Shown here in pieces: positions 43,635 through 45,882 of a stretch of 45,882 nt of DNA. Positions within the stretch are counted from its first letter, which is position 1. Each line of letters begins with the position of its first letter. Where the stretch lies: assembly GCA_015487535.1 (NCBI GenBank), contig WFPN01000329.1:1-45882 (forward strand). Reading direction: 5' to 3'. The notes below the pieces were generated by a model. The model did not search any database. It saw only the letters and a program-made list of their open reading frames with translations, and had not been told where the DNA came from. The DNA comes from Aquificaceae bacterium. GTDB taxonomy: Bacteria; Aquificota; Aquificia; Aquificales; Aquificaceae. The position numbers and the translations under genes are program-made.

Positions 43635-45002
43635 ATGGCGAACCAGGTCTTAAGGCTTACTTCTCTTGAATACGACTCTATCCTCAAAGACCTGATAGAT
43701 TACGTCAAGAATAAATATCCAGACGAGTGGAACGACTTTCTCCATTCCAACCTCGGGATGATGTTTCTTGAAGCGGTTTCTGCAGTAGGAGACAACCTTG
43801 CCTTTTACATTAATCAGCTGGCCAACGAGCTATTCCTTCCGACGGCGACCCAAAGGAAGGCGGTCGTAAATCTTGCCAAGCTCGTTGGATACACACCGAA
43901 GAGAGGAGTTCCTGCCACCGGCCAACTCAGGTTCTATTTGGATTCACCTCACGACAGAGACGTGGTAATACCGGAAGGTCTTGTATGCGAAGGCAAAGAT
44001 GTTAGGGTGGAAACGACCACATCGGGGGTAATAACCGCAGGTAGCACCGAAGTCCTTGTAGATGCTATCCAGAGGGATGTGAAGGAATACAGGTTTACTG
44101 CCGAGCAGGACGGGGTAAACGAGTTCTTTGTAGACGACGAAGAAGCTTACGAGTTCGAGGTTGTTGATGAAGACGGAAATGTATATACAGAAGTTAGCTT
44201 CTTTGTGGATAGCCCCCTCAACCCTTATGTGTACAGGGTCGATGAAGTTGTTGGTGGGTACAGGCTCACGGTAAACAACCTTACCGTCGGAAGGGGGGTG
44301 TATGTCAAAGCGTATACTACCAGGGGAAGTAAGGGGAACATAGCGGGCGGTGTCATAGGGAAGATACTCGGGACCATCAGGGACACGGCGGGAAACGTTG
44401 TAGGCGTTAAGGTTGACAATCTCCCTTTTTCTGGAGGCGAGGACAGGGAGAGTGTAGATGAAATAAAGAAGAGCGTCTGGGTGTGGTCTCTGACTCAAAA
44501 TCGCTTAGTTACGGAAGAAGACTACAACGAATACATAAACACCATACCTGGCGTCTACAGAGGAAAGGTAAAGCTCGTTCAGTGGGGGTGTGCGGGGAAC
44601 ATAGTTGACGCCTACATCTGTGAAGATAGTAACGGAAACCCTGCTTCAGCCTCTCAAGCTCTCAAAGACAAGGTTCAAAAAGAGCTCATGAGAATGGGAA
44701 TACTGAACGTGGTTGTTAATGTGCAAAGTGTAACCCTGACTCAGGTCAATATAACGGCAGACGTAAAGGTCTTGCCTGGGTATGCCACGGCAGACGTTTT
44801 GAGTAGAGTGGAAAGCAATATCAGGGGGCTTTTCAGAGAGCTTGATATAGGCTCAACGCTAAGGTATTCCGATCTTTACAGGGTTATGGACGAAACGGAG
44901 GGGGTTGACTATGTAGAGATAAGCACCCCGACGGGAAGCGTTATTCCTGCAAGTGACACGGAACTACTGGCTCCAGGAGGTATAACACTAAATGCTGTAT
45001 GA
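43635..45002 (+). CDS. Baseplate wedge protein J / gp6-like
   Basis: WNDF..SNLG, ANELFLPTA, LVGYTP, GGEDRES, NRLVTEEDY. Confidence 0.9.
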   Translation: MANQVLRLTSLEYDSILKDLIDYVKNKYPDEWNDFLHSNLGMMFLEAVSAVGDNLAFYINQLANELFLPTATQRKAVVNLAKLVGYTPKRGVPATGQLRFYLDSPHDRDVVIPEGLVCEGKDVRVETTTSGVITAGSTEVLVDAIQRDVKEYRFTAEQDGVNEFFVDDEEAYEFEVVDEDGNVYTEVSFFVDSPLNPYVYRVDEVVGGYRLTVNNLTVGRGVYVKAYTTRGSKGNIAGGVIGKILGTIRDTAGNVVGVKVDNLPFSGGEDRESVDEIKKSVWVWSLTQNRLVTEEDYNEYINTIPGVYRGKVKLVQWGCAGNIVDAYICEDSNGNPASASQALKDKVQKELMRMGILNVVVNVQSVTLTQVNITADVKVLPGYATADVLSRVESNIRGLFRELDIGSTLRYSDLYRVMDETEGVDYVEISTPTGSVIPASDTELLAPGGITLNAV

Positions 45003-45699
45003 CCTGCTTCCTGAGATTTACAAGGATGAGGGTGGGAAAAAGCTCTCGGACATACTCGATCGCCCACTAACTCAGATAGAGAGCGTTATCGAGCAACTCT
45101 GGGATTTGATAGACGTGGACAAGTGCCCTGCTCGATTTTTGCCTTACCTTGCAAAGCTTTTAGGGTGGGAGCTTGTGGGGGATGATGAACAAAACTGGAG
45201 AAGACAGATAAGGTATGCGATTCAGTTAAACAAGACGAAGGGCAGGTATGACGCTCTCGTCTTTCTCTTCAAAATGTTTGGGTATGACTTAGAGTATGTC
45301 AAACGAGAGTGGACAGACCTCGCAAACAATACGAAGATATACGAGGACTGGGATGTCATACTGCCTTTACCTTCTGATAATACCTGTTCAGGTGGATATT
45401 GCCCTGGGAGCAATATAGAAATAGGTGTAAGAGCTGGGGTAGGCGTATCTCCAGATTTTTGGAGCACGTTTGACGGAGTGTTGACGAGGGCTATCCCCAT
45501 AGACGTGAAGCCTACAGTAAAGGTGATAGTCCCGGTAGCTTCTGAAGTACCCAGAATTGGTATGGTATCCCTCACAGGAGAGCTTACCACTATCTACCCC
45601 TACTCGATAACCGAACTCTCCCAGAGCTCTCAAGTCCCCTCTATGGCGGTAGGGATGCACTCGGGAGAGATAACAACTATCTATCCTGGAGGTAACTGA
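44992..45699 (+). CDS. Baseplate/tail protein I-like
   Basis: LIDVDKCP.RFLPYLA..LG, RRQI......KTKG. Confidence 0.8.
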   Translation: MLYDLLPEIYKDEGGKKLSDILDRPLTQIESVIEQLWDLIDVDKCPARFLPYLAKLLGWELVGDDEQNWRRQIRYAIQLNKTKGRYDALVFLFKMFGYDLEYVKREWTDLANNTKIYEDWDVILPLPSDNTCSGGYCPGSNIEIGVRAGVGVSPDFWSTFDGVLTRAIPIDVKPTVKVIVPVASEVPRIGMVSLTGELTTIYPYSITELSQSSQVPSMAVGMHSGEITTIYPGGN

Positions 45700-45882
45700 T
45701 GGCAGAGCAGTTTTACACGATTTTGACCGAAATAGGTAAAGCTAAAATAGCCAACGCCGTAGCTCTCGGAAACACAGTCCAGATCACCCAGATAGCGGTG
45801 GGGGATGGGAACGGGAACTATTACAACCCTTCAGAGACTCAGACCGCACTCGTGAACGAGGTCTGGAGGGGGAACATATCGA
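45699..45882 (+). CDS. Tail fibre/collar protein N-terminus (P2 gpH-like), 3'-truncated
   Basis: MAEQFYTILTEIGKAKIANA...IAVGDGNG...QTALVNEVWR. Confidence 0.85.
   Translation, partial: MAEQFYTILTEIGKAKIANAVALGNTVQITQIAVGDGNGNYYNPSETQTALVNEVWRGNIS

Noticed and set aside
1-45882. CRISPR array, integrase, reverse transcriptase/DGR, inteins, holin
   Set aside because: No repeat-spacer array, recombinase or RT motifs seen; DnaB and TerL are normal length; no convincing holin. These may lie outside the window.

Overview
About 46 kb of a tailed dsDNA bacteriophage with a contractile tail (myovirus), almost all on the + strand and truncated at both ends. The purine-rich coding strand, heavy AGG/ATA/GAG codon use and bacterial DnaB/DnaN suggest a (hyper)thermophilic bacterial host such as an Aquificota member (inference). 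Gene order: (1) replication/recombination block with initiator, DnaB, two RHH regulators, Hjc-like resolvase, 3D-domain muralytic enzyme and its own DnaN clamp; (2) an AT-rich DprA + HAD/PRTase (ShosTA-like) defence cassette; (3) a divergent control region and small early ORFs; (4) a five-gene putative DNA-modification operon (DUF488-SWIM, MTase-like/GNAT-like fusion, ParB-like, two paralogous Fem/MprF-type GNAT proteins); (5) a truncated N6-MTase carrying an in-frame tRNA-like element with an abnormal anticodon arm, a Gp37/Gp68 radical SAM protein and other nucleotide-related genes; (6) terminases, a T4-like head, neck, sheath, tube, tape measure, baseplate and the start of a tail fibre gene. 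Best candidates for something new: a possible tRNA-dependent DNA hypermodification system (12544-18634), and an AAT(A/C)AC-N9-GTTATT palindrome found at 8 intergenic sites that defines a regulon. All family assignments are by eye, without database searches.
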